Virus record (IMG/VR): IMGVR_UViG_3300037067_017823
Location: 1-64,000 of that record
DNA: 64,000 bases
Reading direction: 5' to 3' (one strand)
Origin: a virus
Lineage: Duplodnaviria > Caudoviricetes
Numbering within the stretch: position 1 is the first letter of the stretch; every line of letters begins with the position of its first letter. Position numbers and translations under genes: made by a program. Below, piece by piece: positions 29,103 through 39,600 of the stretch. The notes beneath the pieces are model-generated. The model was not told where the DNA came from. It ran no database searches and saw nothing but the letters and a program-made list of their open reading frames with translations.

Positions 29103-30270
29103 TTTCTTGTTTCCTTAATTTGCTGAAAAATAAATCAAGTTGCGAACTGTTACCACAAACAAAATACGGCTCTTCGTCATAATCACTATATCGAATAAAG
29201 TTTATGTTATTGTCCTGAAAATATTTATTCACTTCTACATCTTTAAAATGCGTTTCATATATTTTGTGATCTCTTTTGTTCTTTGATTCTTTTAACTCTT
29301 CTACAGTCTTGTTTAGACCGTGCCAATAAGAAGAGTCTTGCATTATAAAAAATCTTTGTTCATTTACAGAAACAACAAAATCAATTATTGAAAGTCTTTT
29401 TTTGTTGTTTGAATCAATAAATTCAACGTTATGTTGTCTTTCGACGTCGTTAAAAAAACAACACAGTGATTTGTATTTTTCTTCTTCTGGTTTCGATTTT
29501 CCATACGAACAATTCAATTTCATAGTATTACTTGCTTTTTTAGCATTCTCTACGAAAAAACTTGGATTTTCTTTCTTTAGTCTGTCGATAACTTGTTTAT
29601 GAGTCGTATCGTTATTTATTCTTGATAGTCTCACTTTTTCTTTTGACTTTGCTGTTATTACTCCAGCGCTATTTCCATTAGCTTTCATTGTGGCTTGAGT
29701 TTTAGCTGCATTTTTGTGATAAAAATCTGGATCTTTTTTTCTTATTCTTTCGACTACCTCATTATATGTAGTATGATTCTCTTTTCTCGTTTCTTTAGCT
29801 TTTATCTGACCAGTCGAAAAAGAATTTTCTTTTCTTCTTGTTTCAACCATTTTTTTAATTGTTTGATCAAATTTTCCAGACTCTTTTAATTTTCTTACTC
29901 TTTCTCTTTGGCTCTGTTTTAGTTTTTCACTATTTGTTAGGCTCATTTTAAGTTTATTTATCATTTGCTCATAAGAACCATCACTCTTCATTCTTGCTAT
30001 TCTTTTATCACTATATTCTTTTGCTTTTCCGCTGATGCCGTTTTCTATGTTTCGGCAACTCGTTGCGCAACCTTTACAGCAAAAATTTCGTTCTTTTTGT
30101 GCACAAAATCGTTTATAGAAATATTTTTTACAATTATGACATTCTATCCATTCATCTGTTAGAAAGCGCTCTGAATAGTTTTTGATTGTTATTTTATGAG
30201 AAGAAAAAATGTGCTGTTTTAGTCTTTTTCTATTTTCGCATTTCTTATTACATATTTTACAGAAAAACAT
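29095..30270 (-). mobile_element. Free-standing homing endonuclease-like gene (C2H2 + Vsr/DUF559-like variant)
   Basis: CKICNK...HIFSSH; YGKSKPEE; DFVV...MQDSSYWHGL; 3' end overlaps the portal start. Confidence 0.8.
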
Positions 30271-30295
30271 TTTTCAATCCTATTTTATCACAAAA

Positions 30296-33232
30296 CTAAA
30301 TCTTTGCTATCAATAGTGCAAGGTGTTCAGCTTCATTATTGTTATTAGGTTTTTTTCCTATATCAAATGCTTCTCTCGATGAAATGAAGCCTGAAACAAG
30401 AGTATCTATTTTTTGTATCGTTTTTTCAATTTCTTTGAAGTGTCTATCTTTTATAACTGCACAAATTGCGAGAGACATTATAATATCGTCAGTACTCCCT
30501 CTTGTTGCTTCTGGTCTCTGTCCCTTCCAAATGAATGTTGTAAATTCATCATAACATCTCTTTGAGCGAATAGTAATAGCTCCAAGTCGAAGGAGCTCCT
30601 CAAGTTTCTGAAGCATACTTGGTCTTGATGTAGACGTTGTATGAAGACCAGCTTTCGCTGATTTGTTTCCAGTTGATTCCCAACAAGTGAGAACACCAAA
30701 TGGCATTCCACCAAGCGACCTCGTAGAAAAATAAAGATCTTCATATTCGAGTTCAAGAATTTTTTGAATTACAGCATCACCATAAGAGTTCGATTCTGGA
30801 ATTATTAATGCATTATTATATTCTCGTCCAATGTTCACAAGAAACTCTGAAAAATCATTTGTTTTGATCTTACCTCTATATTCAGCAACAACTTCTCCTG
30901 TAGCAACATTCATGACACAAAACGCAGAAAAATCACCACCATCTCCTCTTGCGACATCAGCTCCAATCAAGTATCTTTGATCAAATTCAGAACTCTTCCA
31001 AATCCAAAGATCTCCTCTTTTTTGAATTGGTTCGCAAATTGTTTCATTGATTTTTTCAAAGATATTAGTGTCAAGAAATGTATTACCAGATTCGAGGAAC
31101 TTACATTCATATTCTTGCGCAATTTCTCTTGTTGTTTTTCCTATTCTCTCTTTTTCAAACCATTCCCTCGAGAATCTTCTGCTCCATGGATATTCTTTTA
31201 CTTTAAATTCGTTTTCTCCGTTTTGAGCACCAGTAACTATTTCCCAAAACTTGTTTCCAACACCTCTCGGCGTGGAAGCCATGACGCATCTTCCGCCTGT
31301 ATTACTACCTATTATTCCGTTCTGTAGGAATGAATGTGTCTTTGGTACTGTAAAGTCATAAGTGATATTCTCAGAATCTTTTATATCAACGATCTCGTCC
31401 CAAAAACATCTATGTTCAATCAGATCGTTAAATAGTCTATCTTGACTTTCAGTTATTTTTATATTTTGCTCTCTTATTATATTTACAAACTTACAGATCC
31501 AATTGAAAGTTATTTTCTTATACTTATCAACATATAAAAGATCTGTTCTAACTTTATTTCTTCTAAAGAAACTTTTGGACTTACCTGAATTCTTGATTAT
31601 GTCTTTGAACTGTTCAACGACAACATGTTTTGGAATTGTTTCGCGTTTCCAAATCTGAATTCGTTCTTTTGATTGTTTTCTAAGTCTGTCGTTTTTACGT
31701 TTTATTCTGAATCCAATATTTTGTTTAAAGACAGTTAAATAGCTTCTTGAAATAGATAGCTTCCAACAATTATGTGCACTCTTTGGTAACTTACCTCTAG
31801 GTAATACGCATCCCTTATCTAAAAGTTTTTGTAAGTCATCATCATGCATCAATCGTATATAAGAAACGATTCCAAAATTTAACAATAATAACTGAGTTTG
31901 TATTAATAACTTGTGACTCGAACTTACTAAAACAATGTCTCCTTTTTCTCCTATACAACCATCACCATCGAACAGCCCTGACAAAAAAGAACCAATGATT
32001 TCTTTTGAGCATTCAAATATTTTTTCTGGAATGTGTTTTGTATGACTTTTATTAACCCTGTTTATGCCAATAGCTTTAAAAAGTCTAACCATCTCTTTCG
32101 AACAGCAAATAAGTTTTCCTTTACTTCCTTCGTAGTCTGGCTTTTGACTATGAAACTCTTTTATAACTTTATTTTTTAAGAACACTTTTCTAAATTCATC
32201 GTCTTCGTTACTAATTAAAACTCCATTTCCTATATCGTTAATATCTTTAGAACCAGTTATCCAACCTTCAGCAACATATCCACCTAAAATATATGCGAAA
32301 TTTTTTGTGAGATATTTGAGCTGTTTATGACCAACGAAGTTATTATTTCCCCATACATTCATATCAACATCAACGCGGAGACAGTCTCCAATCTTGAGAT
32401 TTTCCATTGCAGTCATTTCAGATCCGTTTTCAGTGAGCTTCAATAATGGATGTATAAGAGTTGTTTCAAGTTGGAGACCATGTCTAGTTGTTATTATCTT
32501 CGTCTTACTTTTTGGAGAAACATATGCATGAGAAACTTCTTCGATACCTTTTCTTCCATATATTTTTAAACCATTGACTTTATTACTATATTCTCCTTCA
32601 TTAATGTCTTTACAGATGTCATCAATTCTTTTGAAACCACTCTCTGTGAGTATCATTGTGTTGCCAGTTACACAAGAAATAGTCGGGAAGAGCCCTACCC
32701 AATGTTCTCTCAGTTTCTCAATAAGAGCAGCTTCGTCAATAAAGAACAGAGATGCTGCTTCACCAACACCGGCGTCCATAGAAGTAGCTTGACTCTTTAC
32801 CCATGATCCATTTGATAACTCAAAGCGCATCGAATTGTTCTTAACAACAGAATATAATCTAAGCCATTGTGGACATTCAGTAACAAAGGTTTTTACCATC
32901 TCAAAAGAGATTCCAGCTTTTTCTCTCTTTGTTGCCATAATGAAAACGTGACGAGCTTTTCGAAAGAGAATATACCAAGCAATGAAGCCAGCAATTATCG
33001 TTGAAACACCGAGCTGTCTTGATTTTAGAACTGCGAGGTAGCGATTTTCTTGAAGTTCTTGTAATATTTCTCTTTGGTAGTCAAAGAGCTCAAATCTTTT
33101 TATGCCAAATTCTTCTGTTCTTATATAGCCATATTGATCGAGGAAGTACTCTACACTATCAGCACATTTCAAAAATTCAGACTTTATAAACTCTTTTGTG
33201 AGACCAGACGAATCGTGTTTTGGATCAGCCAT
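30296..33232 (-). CDS. terL: Terminase large subunit, T4 gp17 family, intein-containing
   Basis: Walker A KSRQLGVST, Walker B FFIDEAA, STPRGVGN, QEYEC, nuclease GADVARGDGGD and DDIIMS. Confidence 0.95.
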   Translation of the reverse strand: MADPKHDSSGLTKEFIKSEFLKCADSVEYFLDQYGYIRTEEFGIKRFELFDYQREILQELQENRYLAVLKSRQLGVSTIIAGFIAWYILFRKARHVFIMATKREKAGISFEMVKTFVTECPQWLRLYSVVKNNSMRFELSNGSWVKSQATSMDAGVGEAASLFFIDEAALIEKLREHWVGLFPTISCVTGNTMILTESGFKRIDDICKDINEGEYSNKVNGLKIYGRKGIEEVSHAYVSPKSKTKIITTRHGLQLETTLIHPLLKLTENGSEMTAMENLKIGDCLRVDVDMNVWGNNNFVGHKQLKYLTKNFAYILGGYVAEGWITGSKDINDIGNGVLISNEDDEFRKVFLKNKVIKEFHSQKPDYEGSKGKLICCSKEMVRLFKAIGINRVNKSHTKHIPEKIFECSKEIIGSFLSGLFDGDGCIGEKGDIVLVSSSHKLLIQTQLLLLNFGIVSYIRLMHDDDLQKLLDKGCVLPRGKLPKSAHNCWKLSISRSYLTVFKQNIGFRIKRKNDRLRKQSKERIQIWKRETIPKHVVVEQFKDIIKNSGKSKSFFRRNKVRTDLLYVDKYKKITFNWICKFVNIIREQNIKITESQDRLFNDLIEHRCFWDEIVDIKDSENITYDFTVPKTHSFLQNGIIGSNTGGRCVMASTPRGVGNKFWEIVTGAQNGENEFKVKEYPWSRRFSREWFEKERIGKTTREIAQEYECKFLESGNTFLDTNIFEKINETICEPIQKRGDLWIWKSSEFDQRYLIGADVARGDGGDFSAFCVMNVATGEVVAEYRGKIKTNDFSEFLVNIGREYNNALIIPESNSYGDAVIQKILELEYEDLYFSTRSLGGMPFGVLTCWESTGNKSAKAGLHTTSTSRPSMLQKLEELLRLGAITIRSKRCYDEFTTFIWKGQRPEATRGSTDDIIMSLAICAVIKDRHFKEIEKTIQKIDTLVSGFISSREAFDIGKKPNNNNEAEHLALLIAKI
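31301..32674 (-). mobile_element. Intein with LAGLIDADG endonuclease (458 aa) in TerL
   Basis: Begins CVTGNTMILT; YILGGYVAEG and FLSGLFDGDG; ends TYDFTV...SFLQNGIIGSN followed by T; removal restores PTIS-TGG. Confidence 0.93.
33186..33232. repeat. 47-nt direct repeat copy 1 (first 16 codons of terL)
   Basis: 44/47 identical to 34303-34349; both encode MADPKHDSSGLTKEFI. Confidence 0.95.
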
Positions 33233-34349
33233 AAAACTTTCTCCAAAATGAATCTAATTGATTTGATTCGCCATTACAATAATATGGTAACATTTTCTCA
33301 GTTTTGTTTTTAAGAAAATTAGTAATAGAAACATCAGAAAATTTTACTACGTTTATACACATATTCTTGCTAGAAATATAGTCTTCAAGATATCTATCTC
33401 TATAATATGTTTCAAATATCGTTTTGTCTGTCTTTGTTCTTAAATTTGCTATTTCAACTATTGGTCTATCAAGACCGTGATAATAGATACCATCAATACA
33501 TATAAAAATAATTCGACCATCTTCTACAACAGCAAAATCAAAAGTGAAAGATTTTTTGTAATCTTCTAGTCTTAAGCCAAACAGTTTTATAAATTCATTT
33601 GAGTTTATACTTATTTGATTATGAACGCAATTAAATTTTGAACTCAAAAATGACCCAAACTTGCTTTCTGGATTTGATTTGTTATACGTCCCATTTTTCT
33701 TTCTTGTTTCAGAAATTTTCAAAGAAACAAGTCTATTAAAAATAGCTCCTTTTGATTTTCTTGTATTTACTCCCTTAATAGCTGACTCACTTCTTTTAAC
33801 GAGAAATTTTTCAGTGTAATAACCGTTTTGTCTCTTTTTTAAAAGAGTTTTTTTACCTATAACAGATAAAAGACCTTTTTTTCTTAAATTCTCTGCTCTC
33901 TTCAAAGCGCAAATATGATAAATGTTTTTACTTTTTAACGTCTTTTTTGAATTTTCAATAACTTTTTTTTGTATATGAGGAGTCACAAAAGAATTTTTAA
34001 ATCCATATTTTTTTAAAAAACTTTTTTCAATAGACATTTTTCTAAATTGATTCATGCATTTTTTGTTATTACAAGTATTTTTAAGACGTAACCTAATGTA
34101 ACCATAACTTCTAAAATAATTTTTGTTACAGACAGCGCAATTACATATTTCATCAGTATGATGCTTCCAAGCGTATTCAATTCTAGAGATATTATGTTGA
34201 GCTAATAGATGACCAGAAAAACCTTGTGAACCTATATATGTATTACAACATCTACATAAAATACTAAACTTGCTGTCTAATATTTTGATATCTTTACAGT
34301 CAATAAACTCTTTTGTGAGACCAGAAGAGTCATGTTTTGGATCAGCCAT
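33225..34349 (-). mobile_element. Free-standing homing endonuclease-like gene starting with terL's first 16 residues
   Basis: MADPKHDSSGLTKEFI, then CRCC...HLLAQH, YNKSNPE, DFAVV...CIDGIYYHGLDRP; overlaps the terL ATG. Confidence 0.85.
34303..34349. repeat. 47-nt direct repeat copy 2
   Basis: Differs from copy 1 at three synonymous positions. Confidence 0.95.
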
Positions 34350-34385
34350 ACATTAATTATGATTTTGTGGAACTTTTAGTAGGTC

Positions 34386-34670
34386 TTAATATATTTTTAG
34401 TCTTGGACTAGTAGCTTTATCTTCAGACGGAATCGATATTTTTACATTTAGTTTTATTTCTATTTTCTTAAGTTGTTCAAGAAATTTTTTCTTATCACTG
34501 GGACTGTCGAGAGCATCGAGTTCAGCCTGAATGGCTAGAGGAAGATCATGTTCTAAGATTGTGTTTATTTTTTGAAATTTATTGGAACGAAGTCTTTCAA
34601 GCTCAGTCTTCTCACTATCGCTATCTCTCTATTCTCTAATAACCTTTCTTATTTCTTTTCTTAGGTTCAT
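34386..34670 (-). pseudogene. Leader-bearing ORF interrupted by an in-frame TAG at codon 14
   Basis: Not in track. MNLRKEIRKVIRE*RDSDSEKTELERLRSNKFQKINTILEHDLPLAIQAELDALDSPSDKKKFLEQ...LKIY*; ATGA overlap with the upstream gene. Confidence 0.65.
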
Positions 34671-34990
34671 CTTCTCTCGTATCCTTTAATTCCGAGTTCT
34701 TCTCCTATATCGCCTTCTGTTTCATTTGTTATACTATTAAGATTCATAAATGCTTCTTCAAAATTATCCCAAGCGTCTTTTACATTTCTAGGAAGTTTAT
34801 TGTACGAAGAATTTGAAAATTTTATAGAAGCCCAAAGGCCACTGCCACTGCCCCCAGGACTGCGCCGACCTATTGTTTTTTCTAGTTCACGTAGTGCTTC
34901 AAATTGTTCTTCTTTAGAATAATCTTTTCCAAATCCAGGAATCTCTTCGTCTTTTGACATAACTTCTCTGATCGTCTTTCTTAAGTTCAT
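34667..34990 (-). CDS. Putative head-internal protein
   Basis: Probable start MNLRKTIREVM at 34990 after GAAGGAA RBS. Confidence 0.6.
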   Translation of the reverse strand: MNLRKTIREVMSKDEEIPGFGKDYSKEEQFEALRELEKTIGRRSPGGSGSGLWASIKFSNSSYNKLPRNVKDAWDNFEEAFMNLNSITNETEGDIGEELGIKGYERR

Positions 34991-34991
34991 G

Positions 34992-35387
34992 TTATTCCTT
35001 CCCTTCTTTCTGATCCATTTCATAGAGCTTTTTAAATGTGAGCTTAAAGCGTCCATTGAGTGATATACATTCAACGTCTGAACTCTCAGCAACAATTTTT
35101 GCCTTGAGTGTCTCATCAAAGTCTTTCTTCAGATTTTCCTTCAGTTTCTTGAGAAGACCATCAACATTCGCCGATGCTTCTTTGAGAGCATTGTTTTTTC
35201 TATCTGGATCTTGAAGATGATTTTCATATGACGAACAATAGATACAAAATTGTTTATCTTCATTAAACTTTATTCCGAAACCGATAGATGGAGAAGTCTT
35301 TTCTATACTGTTGAAAGATCGAGAGATTTTGTCCCATATATTTAGAACGTTTTCGAGATGATTTGATTCTTCTTTTTTTTCTGACAT
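34992..35387 (-). CDS. Hypothetical protein upstream of terminase
   Basis: 131 aa in the coupled operon; typical composition. Confidence 0.65.
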   Translation of the reverse strand: MSEKKEESNHLENVLNIWDKISRSFNSIEKTSPSIGFGIKFNEDKQFCIYCSSYENHLQDPDRKNNALKEASANVDGLLKKLKENLKKDFDETLKAKIVAESSDVECISLNGRFKLTFKKLYEMDQKEGKE

Positions 35388-35417
35388 TATTGTTATTCCC
35401 TTATAATAAATATATCA

Positions 35418-35672
35418 TCACTTATAGATTTGAAAGCCTTTTCCTTCATTTTCTTTACGAATCTCTTCGAATGCACAAAGAACCTTCTTTTTATATTCTT
35501 CACTGAGTTCTGGAGCTCCAGATGCAACTATATGAGTTTCGAGATCAGAAGCACAATCGAGGCATATACCAAGACGTTCCCACATGAATACATCAAATGG
35601 ACGGAGAATCTTTCCACATTTCTCACCATTTTTAAGATTTGGACAGAAATACGGTACTTTATCGAGGGCCAT
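35418..35672 (-). CDS. Small Zn-binding protein (CPN...CGK...CLDC)
   Basis: Four Cys; position upstream of terL. Confidence 0.65.
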   Translation of the reverse strand: MALDKVPYFCPNLKNGEKCGKILRPFDVFMWERLGICLDCASDLETHIVASGAPELSEEYKKKVLCAFEEIRKENEGKGFQIYK

Positions 35673-35688
35673 TATTTTTCCTTCCTTC

Positions 35689-36657
35689 TTACAAATTGCC
35701 GATTAGCGTTAAGCCATAATAGGCGTGGTCATTATAGTTTTCAATTGTTCCGTCGAATGCCATATCATAATAGAAAGCACCAAGTAAATTTAAGTGGTCT
35801 GTGATTTTGTAACCGAGCATTCCGCTTGCTAACATTCCGCCTCCACCAGCAGCAATGCCGCCACCAAGTTGGAGCTTCTGCCACCATTTTTGTTCAAATG
35901 GCTCAATTGTGATTTCTGATCTTATTCTTGAAATATCAATATTTGGTGAGTTAGAATCTATCAGCGTTGTCCAAGTACCAGATTCGTCTTGCGCAAGAAC
36001 GATACTTAAAAGGATGTCTTGAAGCCATTTTAATTCTAAATGATACGTTCCCAATTCGTTTACACTAATACCACTCTCAGTAAATCCGGTTATTGTCAAC
36101 AAAGGATCGCTATGATCTTCGAATGGTACCCGAACAATATTTGTTGCAAGACATTCATTACAAACATTTATATTTTCGGTCGAAGGTTGATCGTTGCTAT
36201 GAACAGAGCAATTGTCACCACTAGCGTTATTGTTGACACTACCATTATTTCCTGTCTCCCTTACTATTATTGTCGTCGTAGACGGTTGAGTCGTTGTTGC
36301 TGGCCTTGGAATTATTGCTGTTGCTCCAGACTGACCTTCGAGAATCTTTTTTATTGATGCCTGAATTTGAATTTGAGCACCATAAACTTGAGAAAGATCA
36401 TATTTGTCAAGAATCTCTTTCAGTTTCTTTGTGAGAAGATCTTCAGACAACTGACTATTTTGTATAGTCTTGATTCCATAAATTGTATCATCGAGTTTTT
36501 TTGTTTGATAGTTACTATCTTCGAGTAATTGACTAAGAAGTTGATTATTGTTTTCTCGCAAAGAGTCTATAGAGCATTTATGCCATATTGATCCTGCAGC
36601 TATAACGAGAATTAAAAGTGCTATGATATAGAACCAACCAGATTTCCAAAATTGCAT
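35689..36657 (-). CDS. N-terminally membrane-anchored coiled-coil protein with C-terminal Gly/aromatic beta region (spanin-like?)
   Basis: WFYIIALLILVIAAGSIW TM; SLRENNNQLLSQL coil; KWWQKLQLGGGIAAGGGG...YYGLTLIGNL. Confidence 0.55.
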   Translation of the reverse strand: MQFWKSGWFYIIALLILVIAAGSIWHKCSIDSLRENNNQLLSQLLEDSNYQTKKLDDTIYGIKTIQNSQLSEDLLTKKLKEILDKYDLSQVYGAQIQIQASIKKILEGQSGATAIIPRPATTTQPSTTTIIVRETGNNGSVNNNASGDNCSVHSNDQPSTENINVCNECLATNIVRVPFEDHSDPLLTITGFTESGISVNELGTYHLELKWLQDILLSIVLAQDESGTWTTLIDSNSPNIDISRIRSEITIEPFEQKWWQKLQLGGGIAAGGGGMLASGMLGYKITDHLNLLGAFYYDMAFDGTIENYNDHAYYGLTLIGNL

Positions 36658-36684
36658 TTTACATCTCCATCAATAATTATTGAT

Positions 36685-39600
36685 TCACACAAATATTTTT
36701 GACTCTTTATCTGTGCGCTGTATTTCTATTCTTGAATCAACGATGTCCTTAATTGCTGAAATATGTGTTATTACTATTACGTTTTTGAAGTATTTTCTTA
36801 TATAGTCGAAAATTGATGTGAACTTTGGAAGAAGTTTTGAGTCAAAAGCACCAAAAGCTTCATCAATAATGAAACCACTCATCTTTGGAAGCGTACAAAT
36901 GTTTATGAGAGCGAGTCTTATTGCCATAGATGAAATAGCTTCTTCAGCACCAGATTCTAGTTCTAAGTGTACTTTCTGATCACCATCTTTTATAAAAAGT
37001 TCAATACCAGACTTTTCTTCATTTTCTTCTAAGAGAACATCAAACGAAAAACCATTTTCAACTAGGACGTTATGAATCTCTGTGTTTATTATTTCTAGGT
37101 TTTCAACTATAGCTTCAAGTTGAATTCCAGTTCTCGATGTTAGTTCAAGATATTTTTCATATGCATCATATTTCTTCTTCGTTTCAAAGAACTTGAATTT
37201 GCTGTCAGTTGACTGTTGCAGCTTCGCTTTGGCAGCTCCTATTGATTGTACAATAAGATTGTGTTTTTTCTCTACTTGCACCACACTGTTTTCAATTTCT
37301 TTTTGTTCACTTGTTATAGTGCTGATTTCTGTGTTTATTCTATTATTTTGTTCTATCAGCTCTTTATTTTTATTTACTTTGTCTATTTTTTCTTGTATTG
37401 TCTTCAGTGTGTTTAAGATATTATTTAGTTGTTGTTGAACTGAATTTATGTTTGAGTTGCTCTTATTTACTTTACTATTTAATGACGATATTTCTTTCTG
37501 AATACTTTCTTTTTTAGCTTTATTTATTTTGTATTTATTGTATTCGTTTTCTATCTCTATTTTTCTTTCACTTGAACTTTTCAGTTCATTTGTTAGGTTC
37601 TCAATTTCATTATCGACTTTTAATAATTCGGTTTTCTTTTCTATTGCATCCTTTATAAAAATACAATCGGCTCTATCACAATTTACCTTATCAAGAATCG
37701 ATGTAGCTTTTACTATATTCTCTTTTTGTTTGCTTACTATAATAAGTGCGTTTTCTATTTTATCGATTATCTTTTGATTGAGAGAATAGCTCTGTTCAAT
37801 AGAAGAATCAACATTTATTTGTGAACAAGCTTCAGATAAGAAAAATATTTTTCCGAGATATTCTCCTACATTTTTGTTTTCTTCATCGAGAGAAATATTA
37901 CAGTTGTTTACTTTAACATCGAGTTCGTTTTTCTTTTCGGTTAGCAAATCTATAGATTCTTTAACATCTATTCCATTATTCAATGAGCTTTTTAGTTCAA
38001 ATATTTTAGAAACAACATTACTAAGTTTCTCTTTTTTATTTTCAAGCTCTCTACTAATAACGTCATATTGTGTTTCTTGAATCGCAACTTCACTTGTTGC
38101 TTCAAAAATTTGCTTATCGAAATCAACGTCTTTATATGCTTTTATTGCCGATTTTAAGTCGTCAGATTCTTCTTTTGCAATCTTGTATTTTGCTTTGTAT
38201 ACATCAAGACCAAGGAACGTTGAAAGAACATTAAGTCGTTCAGATTCAATATTTTTCACAAAGTTGTTCATCATTCCAGACGGAGCAAGAGATGTCATAA
38301 TAAAAGAATCAAAAGTACCAAATATCTGTCTTATGTTTCTATCAGTTTCGTTTCTATCTATTCCATTAAGAGATATTTCAATTCCGCCTGATATTTTTTT
38401 GAAATCTACAGATGTTGATGCACTATCTTTTTTTCTTGTTATTTTTCTCTCAATAACATACTCATCTCCTGTATTCGTAGAGATAAGCATTTTGCTGATA
38501 GCATCTTTTTTTCCATGGTGAATTATCCAACTTGATTTCTTACTCTTTTTAGAGGTCTCATTAAATAGTGTCCAAAGAATGATATCAATGAGAGACGATT
38601 TTCCCATTCTGTTTTCAGCAATAACACCAGTAACTCCATTTAGTTTTGTGAAATCGATTTTATTATCTTCACCATAAGCTAGAATATTAGACCAAGAAAG
38701 TTCTTTGATTTCCCAAATAAGACCTCTATTTGCAAATAAACCAACATCTATTTTTGTTTCTATGTCTCTATCAAGTGCAACAATCTGTTCTTTTAGATCT
38801 ATGTTTTTGTTTTCAAGATATTTCTCAAGAGAAAAAGATATTTTGCTGTTTTGTTTTTGAGAATTTATACTGATGTTATTGTTCTTTATTGGAGTAACTT
38901 CATTCGCATCATACTTCGTATATAGAGAGCTTACAAATTCATGGAGTTTCTTTTTGTCAATCGACGCTGGATAATATACTTTTATATTGCTATTATTGAG
39001 CAGTTTCGTTGATTCAGTGATGTTGAAGTTCTCATCAATAGTCAGAGAGCAATATAGACCTTTCGGATAAATAAATTCTTTCTTTACACTAAACTTATTC
39101 TTGTCCTCGATATCCCAAACCAAAAAGCCTTTATCGAGAGACTCGCCAGCGTTTTGCTGAATGAATGAACCAGCATAACGAAAGCGCCCTTCTTTGTCAA
39201 GAGACTGTCCTTTATGTATATCACCGAACATCCCAATATCACATCCATCGAAGTAATCAAGTTTATAGTTTGATGATAAAGAAAAATCAAGATCAGTAAT
39301 AGCAGAATCAACTATATCATGAAACAGAGCAATCGTAACTTTGTCTGAATTGTCGACAACTGGTTTTTCGTCATCAAGAATTGAATAAACAACATAGCGA
39401 AACTTATCATTTATATCATAAATTCCAGATTTTTTAAATAGAGTTAGGTTTTCTATGTTTGTCCTTTTTATAAGGGACACAATTGGTGAAATAGCATTTT
39501 GCCGATTACGATTTTTAAGGTTACAGTCGTGGTTTCCTACAACTAGATCAAGACGTTTTGTGAGACGAGAAACATTAATTAAAAATTCAGAACATAAGTC

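Noticed and set aside
34629-34631. Genome-wide TAG recoding (alternative genetic code)
   Set aside because: TAG terminates terL (30296), the 45607 ORF and the 58134 ORF at natural boundaries, and long genes are intact under the standard code.
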